Under the pieces are notes generated by a model. The model was not told the origin of the DNA. It did not search any database and was given only the letters and a program-made list of their open reading frames with translations. A DNA stretch of 35,985 nt from assembly GCA_036273495.1 (NCBI GenBank), contig DASUHN010000226.1, positions 1-35,985 on the forward strand. Direction: 5' to 3'. Source of the DNA: Acidimicrobiales bacterium. Its GTDB lineage: Bacteria > Actinomycetota > Acidimicrobiia > Acidimicrobiales > JAJPHE01. Below, in pieces: positions 25,872 through 34,414 of the stretch. Every line of letters begins with the position of its first letter. Position 1 is the stretch's first letter. Made by a program: the position numbers and the translations under genes.

Positions 25872-25957
25872 CCGGCCCTCCTCCGGGCCGGGCCTGCTCA
25901 GGCTCGGCCCTGCTCGCGCCAGCATGCCAGGATCGCGCCCATGACCAGGATCTCGAG

Positions 25958-26440
25958 ATGATCAGGGGCGAAGGCAGCGCGTTGATCCCCGGCGTCACCG
26001 CCCAGGACGTGTTCGACTTCGTGCTGGACCCGGCGCAGTACACCCGGGCCGACACCAAGATGGTGTGGGTCACCAAGCTGGCGGACATCCCGAACGGGAT
26101 GCTGGCCCGGGAGGACGGCAAGTTCCTCGGCCGCCTCCCGGGGTCGGTCGTGACCCGCTACGTGTGGGAGCCGCCGAACCACATCGACGTGACCCTGGAG
26201 CACGGGATCCCGGCCGAGCTGCACGCCTGGTTCGAGATCGAGGACCGGGAGGGCGGCGCCTTCATCCACCACGTCGAGACCATGTCCATGCCGGCGCCGT
26301 TCGGGTGGGCGTGGGACCGGGTGGCAGGAGGGTGGTTCGCCCGGTCGGTGGCGGCGGAGGTGGCCGAGATAGCCCGGCTCCTGGCCGCCGGAGAGCGGGG
26401 TCGGGGCGTTGCCGCCCACGACCCGGCCCCCATGGCGTAG
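25958..26440 (+). CDS. SRPBCC-superfamily (polyketide cyclase/START-like) protein
   Basis: 160 aa. The N-terminal pattern GVTAQDVFDFVLDPAQYTRAD and overall size resemble SRPBCC ligand-binding proteins. The call rests on general resemblance only. Confidence 0.5.
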   Translation: MIRGEGSALIPGVTAQDVFDFVLDPAQYTRADTKMVWVTKLADIPNGMLAREDGKFLGRLPGSVVTRYVWEPPNHIDVTLEHGIPAELHAWFEIEDREGGAFIHHVETMSMPAPFGWAWDRVAGGWFARSVAAEVAEIARLLAAGERGRGVAAHDPAPMA

Positions 26441-26444
26441 GGGA

Positions 26445-26945
26445 TCAGCCCCCGGCGGCGCGCTGCTGGCGCTCGGCGGCGTTGGCCTTGGTCCGGGCCT
26501 CCTCGGCCTTGGCCTCCTCCTTGGCGACGTCGGACTGGGCCGCGCCCTTCTCCTGCTGGGCCGACCCCTCCGAGCGCAGGCGGTCGTTGCCCACGACCGA
26601 GCCGGCCGCCTCCTTGAGGCCGCCCTTGACCCGCTCGGCGACGCCGCGGGCGCCGGCCTCCGGCCCGGACATTCCCGACATCTTCCGGGTGGCGGACTCA
26701 CCGGAGCTGCGGCCCTGGCTGGCCTGCTGGCGCTTCTCCTTGGCCGCCGCCTCGACGCGCTTGGCGTCGGCTTTGACCTCGCGCCGGAACTCCTCCATGC
26801 GCTCGTCGGCCTTCTTCTGCTGCGCCTGGCCCTGGGTGCGGAGCTCGTCGCGGTCCAGGACCGTTCCCCAGAACTCCCTGGTCAGGCCCACGACCTTCTC
26901 CCCGAAGCTCGGGATCATCCGTGGCAGCATCTGGATAGTCGACAT
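26445..26945 (-). CDS. CsbD-family stress protein with two CsbD-like repeats
   Basis: ATG 26945 is preceded by GGTGGAG at 6-nt spacing; the alternative is GTG 26957. Repeats are GTVLDRDELRTQGQAQQKKA and GSVVGNDRLRSEGSAQQEKG. The sequence is highly charged and K/E/A/Q-rich. Confidence 0.75.
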   Translation of the reverse strand: MSTIQMLPRMIPSFGEKVVGLTREFWGTVLDRDELRTQGQAQQKKADERMEEFRREVKADAKRVEAAAKEKRQQASQGRSSGESATRKMSGMSGPEAGARGVAERVKGGLKEAAGSVVGNDRLRSEGSAQQEKGAAQSDVAKEEAKAEEARTKANAAERQQRAAGG

Positions 26946-27034
26946 CGGTAACTCCACCGTCCTTTGCGTGATCGCTCGATTAGAGGAGGTTCCCGACTAC
27001 CCCCGGCGGAAAACGCCGCCCGGCCGGTCATAGG

Positions 27035-28390
27035 TCACCGGTCCAGCTGCCCGCCCAGGTCCGCCGTGGCCCGGACCAGCGCCGGGCTGGGAGCAACTGC
27101 CACCGGTCGGGGCTCGTGGAGACGGCGGACCTCCTCGGGCAGAGAACCCCACTCGCCCCCGAAGCGATCCGCCGCCGCGGCCAGGCTTTCCCGGCCCGCC
27201 GGCGTGCGCGTCCCTCCCGCCATCACCTCCACGAGGAGCGGTCGGTAGGCGGGAGCGGGCGGCTCCTCCCCGACCAGCGCCAGCACGTCCCCGCCCCAGC
27301 CCGGGCCCCGCCACACCTGCTTGGCGCCGGGCCAGGTCTCCTTCCCCGGCGAGCGCTTGCGCACCGGGCGGCCGCCGAACTCAACGAGCTTGTAGACCGT
27401 GTCGATCACCGGGGCGTCCCCGGACACGCCGAGGTCGGAGCCCACCCCGAACCCGTCGATGGGAGCGCCCTCCGCCACCAGCTCGGCGATCCGGTCCTCG
27501 TCGAGCCCGCCCGACGCGATGACCCCCACCTCGGGGCACCCGGCGTCGTCGAGCCGGTCCCGGGCGTGGCGGGCCAGGGCGGCCAGGTCCCCGGAGTCCA
27601 GCCGCAGCGCCCGCAGGGTGACGCCGCCCTCCTGCGCCTCGCGGGCCACCGCCACGGCCCGCTCGATGCCCCGCCAGGGGTCGAAGGTGTCCACGAGGAG
27701 GACGGTCGCCGGCCCGAACAGGGCGGTGAAGGCCCGGAACGCATCCACCTCCCGGCGATGGGCCTGGACGAAGGAGTGGGCCATGGTCCCGCTGGCCGGG
27801 AGCCCGAACCGGCGGGCGCCCGCCACGTTGCTCGTGCTCTCCAGCCCGCAGATGCGCGCCGCCCGCACCAGATGGAGGGCGGCGTCGACCCCCTGGCACC
27901 GCCGCAGGGCGAACTCGGCCAGCGTCCGGTCCCCCGCCGCGTACCGGTAGCGCGCCGCCTTGCTGGCCAGGGTCGTCCCGGTGGTGACCAGGTTGAGGAT
28001 CAGGGTCTCGACCAGCTGGGCCTCGACCATCGGGGCGGTGACCTCGAGGATCGGCTCCCCGGCGAACACCACCGTCCCCTCCGGCACCGCCCGCACCGAC
28101 CCGGTGAAGCGCAGCCGGGCCAGCCGCTCCAGCGCCGGCGCGCCCAGCAGGTCGAGGCCCTCCAGACACGCCAGGTCGTCGTCGGTGAAGCGGAGGGCCT
28201 CGAGGTAGGCGAGCACCCCGTCCAGGCCGGCCGCCACGAGATAGCCCCGGGTCGGGGGCAGGGCGCGCACGAACAGGCTGAAGGTGGCGGTCGTCTCGGC
28301 CATGTCCTCGGCCACGTAGGCCGCCGCCATGGTCAGCTCGTAGAGGTCGGTGAGCAGGGCGGGAGACGACGGCGCCCAGGTCCAGTCCAT
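27035..28390 (-). CDS. pncB: Nicotinate phosphoribosyltransferase
   Basis: LLTDLYELTMAAAY, SGTMAHSFVQAH and the ALRLDSGD pattern. 451 aa. Confidence 0.85.
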   Translation of the reverse strand: MDWTWAPSSPALLTDLYELTMAAAYVAEDMAETTATFSLFVRALPPTRGYLVAAGLDGVLAYLEALRFTDDDLACLEGLDLLGAPALERLARLRFTGSVRAVPEGTVVFAGEPILEVTAPMVEAQLVETLILNLVTTGTTLASKAARYRYAAGDRTLAEFALRRCQGVDAALHLVRAARICGLESTSNVAGARRFGLPASGTMAHSFVQAHRREVDAFRAFTALFGPATVLLVDTFDPWRGIERAVAVAREAQEGGVTLRALRLDSGDLAALARHARDRLDDAGCPEVGVIASGGLDEDRIAELVAEGAPIDGFGVGSDLGVSGDAPVIDTVYKLVEFGGRPVRKRSPGKETWPGAKQVWRGPGWGGDVLALVGEEPPAPAYRPLLVEVMAGGTRTPAGRESLAAAADRFGGEWGSLPEEVRRLHEPRPVAVAPSPALVRATADLGGQLDR

Positions 28391-28433
28391 CCCGGATCAT
28401 CCCTCAGCCCCCGGCCGACTAGAAACCCCTCCC

Positions 28434-29270
28434 ATGGCAGAGCGACGGGTGGCGATGGTGACGGGGGCCAGCAGGGGCATAGGACGCGCCGGCGCCCTGG
28501 CCCTGGCCGAGGCCGGCTTCGACGTGGTCGTGACCGGGCGGACGGTCCACGAGGGTGAGGGACGCGAGGGGGACGTGGTCCTCCCCGGCAGCCTCGAGAA
28601 GACCGCGGCGGAGATCGGGGAACGGGGCCAGCAGGCCATCGGGGTCCCGATGGACGTCACCGACCGGACGTCGGTGCGGGCCGCGTTCGACCGCGCCATG
28701 GCGGAGTGGGGCCGGATCGACGTGCTCGTCAACAACGCGCCCTACTCGGGGCCCGGCTACGAGGCCCGCATCCTCGACATCGACCCCGACATCGCCATCC
28801 GGATGGCCGAGGCCAACTACGTCAACCAGCTGATCCTGGCCCAGCTGGCCCTCCCGGGGATGCTCGAGTCCGGCGCCGGCACGATCATCAACCTCGGCTC
28901 GGGATCGGCGCTGGTGCGCCCGCCCGCGCCCGCCGGCGAGGGGGGATGGAGCCTGGCCTACTGCGCCACCAAGGCCGCCCTCCACCAGGTGGCCGTGCTC
29001 GTCGACGTGGAGTTCCGGGACCAGGGCATCCGCGCCTTCACCCTCGAGCCGGGCTTCACCATCACCGAGCGGGCCATCGCCCTCGGACGGTCGGGGCCGT
29101 ACGAGTCGCACTTTGCCGGGGACCCGCCGGAGGTGGCGGGAGCGGTCATCGGCTGGCTGGCCACGTCGGCGGACGCCGACCGCTTCCTCGGGCGGATCGT
29201 GCACGCCCAGGCGGCCTGCGCCAAGAACAACCTGCTGCCGGGATGGCCCCCGCCCGGCCGGGACGCCTGA
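28434..29270 (+). CDS. SDR-family oxidoreductase
   Basis: ORF-track start trimmed to ATG 28434 (MAERRVAMVTGASRGIGRA). NNAP and YCATKAAL (YxxxK). Confidence 0.85.
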   Translation: MAERRVAMVTGASRGIGRAGALALAEAGFDVVVTGRTVHEGEGREGDVVLPGSLEKTAAEIGERGQQAIGVPMDVTDRTSVRAAFDRAMAEWGRIDVLVNNAPYSGPGYEARILDIDPDIAIRMAEANYVNQLILAQLALPGMLESGAGTIINLGSGSALVRPPAPAGEGGWSLAYCATKAALHQVAVLVDVEFRDQGIRAFTLEPGFTITERAIALGRSGPYESHFAGDPPEVAGAVIGWLATSADADRFLGRIVHAQAACAKNNLLPGWPPPGRDA

Positions 29271-29280
29271 TCGGCCGCGC

Positions 29281-30531
29281 CTACGTCATGCGGCCGTAGG
29301 CGGCGCCCGAGTACGCCGTCTCGGAGTGCTGGGTGTTGTCGAGACCCTCGTCCTCCTCGGCGGGTGACACGCGCAGTCGCATGACCGCGTTCACCGCCTT
29401 GCCCACGGCAAAGGTGGCGCCGAAGGCGTAGGCCATGGTCACGACGGAGGCGAGGGACTGCTGGCCGAGGAGGTGCAGCCCCCCGCCCGAACCCAGCCCG
29501 TCGTGCCCGGCCGGGTTGATGGCCGCGGCGGCGAAGACCCCCAGCAGCAGCATCCCCACCAGCCCGCCGACGCCGTGCACCGCCAGCACGTCGAGGGAGT
29601 CGTCATAGCCGAGCCGGAACTTGGCCTGCACCGCCAGCACGCAGATGATCCCGGCGGCCAGCCCGATCCCGATGGAGGGCAGGGTGCCGACGAACCCGGC
29701 GCACGGCGTGATCGCCACCATCCCCGCCACCGCCCCCGACGCGGCCCCGAGGGTCGTGGCGTGGCCGCCCCGGACCCGCTCGACCGCCACCCAGCCCATG
29801 AGGCCGGCGGCGGCGGCCAGCTGGGTGTTCATGAACGCCTGGGCGGCCACCGAGTTGGCGCCCAGGGCCGAGCCGGCGTTGAACCCGAACCAGCCGAACC
29901 ACAGGACCCCCGCCCCCATCATCGTGAGGGGAAGGGAGTGGGGACTCATCAGCTCGGGCCACCCCCGCCGGCGCCCCACCACCAGGGCGGCGGCCAGGGC
30001 CGAGAAGCCGGAGTTGATCTCCACCACCGTCCCGCCGGCGAAGTCCAGCACGCCGCGGTGGTAGAGCCACCCGCCCGGGCTGAACGCCCAGTGGGCGATC
30101 GGGGCGTACACGACCAACGACCACACGGAGATGAACACGACGAACGCCGGAAACCGCAACCGGTCGGCGGTGGCCCCGGTGATGAGGGCGGCGGTGATGA
30201 CGGCGAACATCATCTGGAAGGCCACGAACGCCAACGGCGGGATGGTGAGCTGGAAGCCCGGGACGCCGGCTCCGATGTGGCGGAGGCCAACCATGCTCAG
30301 GTTCCCGATCAACCCGCCCCCGGCGTCGGGCCCGAAGGCCAGGCTGAACCCGAACAGCACCCAGAGCACGCTCACCACGCCGATGCACGTGAACGACTGC
30401 ATCATCATGCCGAGCACGTGCTTGGCCCGGACCATCCCGCCGTAGAACAGGGCCAGCCCCGGGGTCATGAACAGCACCAGCGCCGTCGACCCGAGGACCC
30501 ACGCCGTGTCCCCTCCGCTCATCCGTCCCAC
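29281..30531 (-). CDS. amt: Ammonium transporter (Amt family)
   Basis: About 11 TM segments. Motifs FAVITAALITGATADR, LDFAGGTVVEINSG and LAVHGVGGLVGMLLLG. The start is GTG 30531 or ATG 30522. Confidence 0.9.
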   Translation of the reverse strand: MGRMSGGDTAWVLGSTALVLFMTPGLALFYGGMVRAKHVLGMMMQSFTCIGVVSVLWVLFGFSLAFGPDAGGGLIGNLSMVGLRHIGAGVPGFQLTIPPLAFVAFQMMFAVITAALITGATADRLRFPAFVVFISVWSLVVYAPIAHWAFSPGGWLYHRGVLDFAGGTVVEINSGFSALAAALVVGRRRGWPELMSPHSLPLTMMGAGVLWFGWFGFNAGSALGANSVAAQAFMNTQLAAAAGLMGWVAVERVRGGHATTLGAASGAVAGMVAITPCAGFVGTLPSIGIGLAAGIICVLAVQAKFRLGYDDSLDVLAVHGVGGLVGMLLLGVFAAAAINPAGHDGLGSGGGLHLLGQQSLASVVTMAYAFGATFAVGKAVNAVMRLRVSPAEEDEGLDNTQHSETAYSGAAYGRMT

Positions 30532-30660
30532 CGGGATGTGTTAGCCGACGATCACGTCCTTGCGAAAACGACGCAACGGGCCGCCGGGCCCACTCCCGAA
30601 GGAGGGACCACGGCGGCCCGGCGGATGACCCGCGGGGGGACGGGTCAGACCTGCTGCGGC

Positions 30661-32535
30661 TCAGAGCCAGGCGTCGGCGTTCCAGGAGGAGCCGTTCCAG
30701 CTCGACCCGTTCCAGGAGGAGCCGTTCCAGCTGCTCCCGTTCCAGCTGCTCCCGTTCCAGGAGGAGCCGTTCCACGAGCTGCCGTTCCAGGAGCTGCCGT
30801 TCCAGGAGGAGCCGTTCCAGACCATCCCGTTCCAGGACGAGCCGTTCCAGCTGGAGCCGTTCCACGAGCTGCCGTTCCACGAGCTGCCGTTCCAGCTGCT
30901 CCCGTTCCAGCTGCTCCCGTTCCAGGACGAGCCGTTCCAGCTGCTGCCGTTCCAGGAGGAGCCGTTGAACGAGCCGCCGTTCCAGCTCGACCCGTTCCAG
31001 GAGGAGCCGTTCCAACTCGAGCCGTTCCAGCTGCTCCCGTTCCACGAGCTGCCGTTCCAGGAGCTGCCCAGGTCCTGGACCGAGCCGGGGGTGGCGGACT
31101 CGGCGGCGGCGGCGGCGGTCTGGTCGTAGACCAGCTTGGGGCCGGTGGCGGCGTAGTAGGCGTTCAAGAAGCCGTGGCCCTCGACCAGGGGGTTGCCGAG
31201 CTCGGCGGGCATGGCGTTGCCGAGCAGGCGCCCCTTGATCTCATCGGGGCTGGCCGTGGGGTTGGCCGAACTGACCAGGGCGGCGGCCCCCGAGGTGATC
31301 GCAGCGGCGAAGCTGGTTCCCGAGCCCACGAAGTTGGCCTTGCCCACCACCGCTGTCGGGTTGGTGGCATAGATGGTCGAGCCGGGATCGGCCAGGCTGA
31401 TCACCGAGCGGCCCGGGGCCACCAGGTCGGGCTTCATCCAGCCGTCGAACTGGGTCGGGCCGACCGAGGAGAACGGGCAGGCCGCCCAGTTGGCCGGGTT
31501 GGGGCTGGCGTTGTCGGCGTAGGCGCCGACGGTGATGGCCAGGGGGTCGTCGCCGGGCGAGGTGATGGTGCCGTTGAACGGCCCGGAGTTGCCCGCCGAG
31601 ACCACGACTGTGATCCCGGCGTTCCACGCCGCCTCGACGGCCTGGTCGAGCGGCTCGGTGGCCGTGGGACCGGTCGGCATGGCCCCCAGCGAGAGGTTCA
31701 AGACGTTGATGGCGTACTTGCGCTGGTTCTTGACGGCGAAGCCGATGCCCTGGACGATCGTGGAGATCGTGCTGGCCCCGGTGGCCCCGGCCACCTTGAT
31801 CGACACCAGCTTGGCGCCGGGCGCCTCACCGGGGTACTGGCCCCCCGAGGCCGCCCCGTTGCCGGCGATGAGGCCGGCCACGAAGGTGCCGTGGCCGAAC
31901 TCGTCGGTCCAGGGCGAGCCGTTGCCGTTGACGGTGAGGTCCACGCCGGCGCGCTCACGGCCGGAGAAGTCCTTGAGGGAGCCGTTGATGCCGGTGTCGA
32001 GCACCGCCACGGTGGCGTTGGCGCCGGTGATGCCGGCCCTGGCGGCCTGGTCGGCCCCGGTGTCCTGGGTGAAGTAGCCGCTCGGGGGCGAGAAGGTGGT
32101 GGTGTCCGGGCAGCTGGCCGCGGCGTTGGCGGAGGGGGCGGCCTGGAAGGCCACCGGCTCGTCGGGGGTGACGGTGACGCCGTCGGCGCTGAGCTCGTCG
32201 ACCCAGTGCTTGGGCAGGCTGAGCGCCACCCCGTTGATCACGTCGAGGGACTTGGCCCCGAGCCCCTTGGGCAGCTTGGCCACCACGTCGGCCGCCGTCA
32301 TGTCGGCGGGCAGCTGGACGATCACCGCCTCGGGGGGACCGGCCTGGTCGGCGGCGGATCCGGCATCGCCGGCGGCGGCCAGGGTGGCGCCGGGATCGGC
32401 GCCCGGGTGGCTCTTCGGCGGCTTGGCGGCCGCCCAGGCCGGCGTGACCGCCAGCACCGAGAGCCCGCCGGCTGCGGCCGCCGCCGCCCAACGGGTTCCC
32501 CGGCGGCCCCACGACACTCCACGCTTGCTGTTCAT
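30661..32535 (-). CDS. Secreted subtilisin-like serine protease (peptidase S8, with an I9-like propeptide) carrying a C-terminal 26 x SSWNG pentapeptide repeat region
   Basis: Catalytic triad motifs VAVLDTGI (Asp), GHGTFVAG (His) and GTSFAAA (Ser). The signal-like N-terminus is RRGTRWAAAAAAGGLSVLAVTPAWAA. The start is ATG 32535 or TTG 32586. Confidence 0.88.
   Translation of the reverse strand: MNSKRGVSWGRRGTRWAAAAAAGGLSVLAVTPAWAAAKPPKSHPGADPGATLAAAGDAGSAADQAGPPEAVIVQLPADMTAADVVAKLPKGLGAKSLDVINGVALSLPKHWVDELSADGVTVTPDEPVAFQAAPSANAAASCPDTTTFSPPSGYFTQDTGADQAARAGITGANATVAVLDTGINGSLKDFSGRERAGVDLTVNGNGSPWTDEFGHGTFVAGLIAGNGAASGGQYPGEAPGAKLVSIKVAGATGASTISTIVQGIGFAVKNQRKYAINVLNLSLGAMPTGPTATEPLDQAVEAAWNAGITVVVSAGNSGPFNGTITSPGDDPLAITVGAYADNASPNPANWAACPFSSVGPTQFDGWMKPDLVAPGRSVISLADPGSTIYATNPTAVVGKANFVGSGTSFAAAITSGAAALVSSANPTASPDEIKGRLLGNAMPAELGNPLVEGHGFLNAYYAATGPKLVYDQTAAAAAESATPGSVQDLGSSWNGSSWNGSSWNGSSWNGSSWNGSSWNGGSFNGSSWNGSSWNGSSWNGSSWNGSSWNGSSWNGSSWNGSSWNGSSWNGMVWNGSSWNGSSWNGSSWNGSSWNGSSWNGSSWNGSSWNGSSWNGSSWNADAWL
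30676..31065 (-). repeat. 26 contiguous in-frame 15-nt units encoding (SSWNG)n
   Basis: Counted unit by unit on the sequence. N to C the units run SSWNG x6, GSFNG, SSWNG x9, MVWNG, SSWNG x8, SSWNA. TGG and AAC are invariant, while the Ser codons vary between units. Confidence 0.95.
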
Positions 32536-32705
32536 GGGGAGATGAACGGGTGTCCGGAAGACCGCCTTGAGAACACGGCGGGACAATCGGTCTTCGGTCG
32601 CAGCCGGCCTCCCCGGCAGGGGACCAAAGGTCCCACCGGAGGTCAGACTCCGGCTCTCGGACCGGGCCGGGGCACCCTGCGGCAGGCGTCCCTAACCTGC
32701 GCCCC

Positions 32706-33518
32706 GTGCCGACGACGGATGGGAAGCAGGGAAGGGGACGCCCGGGCCTGAGCCTGGACGGGGCCACGGTCGTGATCACCGGGGCGTCGAGGGGGATCGG
32801 GCGGGCCGTGGCCGTGCAGGCGGCCAGGCGGGGGGCCCGGGTGGGGCTGATCGCCCGCTCGGCGGCCGACCTCGAGAAGGTGCGGGGCGAGATCGGCGGC
32901 ACCAGCGCCACGGCCCCGGCCGACGTGGCCGACAGGGACCAGGTCGGGGCCGCCATCAGGTCGCTGGAGGAGGCGCTGGGCCCGACCGACGTCCTGGTGG
33001 CCAACGCCGGGATCGGCGCCTATGGCGCATTTTCCGACATTCCGGTCGACGAGGTCGAGCGGCTGGTCCGGGTCAACCTCCTCGGGACCGTCTATCCCCT
33101 GAAGGCGGTGCTGCCGGGGATGCTCGAGAGGGGCCGGGGCCACCTGGTGGTGGTCTCCTCCGTGGCGGGAAGGTTCGGGTCACCGTTCGAGGCCGCCTAC
33201 GCCGCCACCAAGTTCGGCCAGACCGGCCTGGCCGAGGCCATGTCCGTCGAGCTGGAGGCCCGGGGCGTCGGGGTGTCGATCGTCAATCCGGGCGTGGTCG
33301 ACACCGACTTCTTCGCGACCCGGGGCCACGCCTACGACCGGCCCTTCCCGAAGCCGATCTCCGCCGACCGGGTGGCGGCGGCGGTGGTCGGGGCGGTGGA
33401 GTCGGGCCGGCGGGAGGTCTTCGTCCCCCGCTGGTTCAAGTACGCCCTGGCGGTGCGCCACCTCTCCCCCGGTCTCTACGCCCGCGGAACCCGACGGAGC
33501 TTCAAGGACCAGCTGTGA
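32706..33518 (+). CDS. SDR-family oxidoreductase
   Basis: VVITGASRGIGRA and YAATKFGQ (YxxxK). GTG start at 32706. 270 aa. Confidence 0.85.
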   Translation: MPTTDGKQGRGRPGLSLDGATVVITGASRGIGRAVAVQAARRGARVGLIARSAADLEKVRGEIGGTSATAPADVADRDQVGAAIRSLEEALGPTDVLVANAGIGAYGAFSDIPVDEVERLVRVNLLGTVYPLKAVLPGMLERGRGHLVVVSSVAGRFGSPFEAAYAATKFGQTGLAEAMSVELEARGVGVSIVNPGVVDTDFFATRGHAYDRPFPKPISADRVAAAVVGAVESGRREVFVPRWFKYALAVRHLSPGLYARGTRRSFKDQL

Positions 33519-34390
33519 GGGTCGGGGTGGGGCTGCCCATGAAGGCGCTGCCCCGGGACGAGCTGGTGACCTTCGCCCGCAAGGTCGAGGACGGGCCGTT
33601 CGACAGCATCAGCCTGGGCCAGCGCCTGACCTTCGAGAGCAACGACCCGATGATTGCCCTCACGTTCGTGGCCGCCATCACCGAGCGGATCCGCCTGCTG
33701 ACGTCGGTGCTGTGCCTGCCCTTCCACAAGGAGGGGGTCACGGCCCAGCAGGCCGCCACCCTCGACCGGCTGTCGCTCGGCCGCTTCAGCTTCGGGGTGG
33801 GGCTGGGGGGCCGTCCCGCCGACTTTGCCGTGGCGCCCGCCGAGTGGGCGGGGCGGGGCCGGCGCTTCGAGGAGCAGCTCCTGGCGATGAAGCGGGCCTG
33901 GCGGGGCGAGGCTCCGTTCCCGGGCACCGAGCCCGTCGGCCCCTCACCGCTCACACCCGGAGGGCCCGAGCTCATCGTGGGCGGGATGGCCCCGGCCGCC
34001 CTCGAGCGGGCGGGACGGGTGGCCGACGGCATCCGCAGCTTCAGCTTCTCGACCGACGTGCGCCAGCACCTCGACCGCCTGGCCGTCACCGCGGCGGCGT
34101 GGGAACAGGCGGGCCGGGAGGGACGCCCCCGGTTGATCACCGCCACCCACTTTGCCCTCGGGCCCGACGCCCGGCAGTCCTACGAGGAGCACGTCCAGCG
34201 GTACTACGGCTATTCCGCCGAGCTGATGGCCGAGGCGCTCTCGGGTGATGCGCCCACGTCACCCGACGCCATCCGGGCCACCATCCGCCGCTTCGCCGAC
34301 GCAGGGGTCGACGAGCTGGTGTTCACCGCCACCACGTCGGACACCATGGACTCCCTCGACCGGCTGGCGCAGGCGGTGGCCGGCGCCTGA
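33515..34390 (+). CDS. Luciferase-like monooxygenase (LLM-class, possibly F420-dependent) oxidoreductase
   Basis: GTG 33515 overlaps the SDR TGA. MRVGVGLP.., ITERIRLLTSVLCLP and TLDRLSLGRFSFGVGLGG are typical of LLM TIM-barrel proteins. 291 aa. Confidence 0.8.
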   Translation: MRVGVGLPMKALPRDELVTFARKVEDGPFDSISLGQRLTFESNDPMIALTFVAAITERIRLLTSVLCLPFHKEGVTAQQAATLDRLSLGRFSFGVGLGGRPADFAVAPAEWAGRGRRFEEQLLAMKRAWRGEAPFPGTEPVGPSPLTPGGPELIVGGMAPAALERAGRVADGIRSFSFSTDVRQHLDRLAVTAAAWEQAGREGRPRLITATHFALGPDARQSYEEHVQRYYGYSAELMAEALSGDAPTSPDAIRATIRRFADAGVDELVFTATTSDTMDSLDRLAQAVAGA

Positions 34391-34414
34391 CGGCGCCCCC
34401 CTGGCCGGGGCCGG

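Noticed and set aside
30532-30660. GlnR/PhoP-type direct-repeat boxes upstream of amt (and GTTCC-N5-GTTCC at 936-950)
   Set aside because: The spacing and consensus do not fit (10-nt rather than 11-nt periodicity, and no gTnAc-n6-GaAAc match). I reported only the palindrome, as a low-interest item.
30676-31065. Possible CRISPR array, because of the many short direct repeats
   Set aside because: The units are contiguous 15-mers with no spacers. They are in frame and inside a CDS, and no cas genes are present.
30603-31100. Repeat ORFs reading LERLELERLLLER.. (29603..31045 -) and AVPGGAVPRAAVP.. (within 29473..32751 +)
   Set aside because: These are the other reading frames of the 15-nt SSWNG repeat. 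Only the SSWNG frame is contiguous with the S8 catalytic domain.
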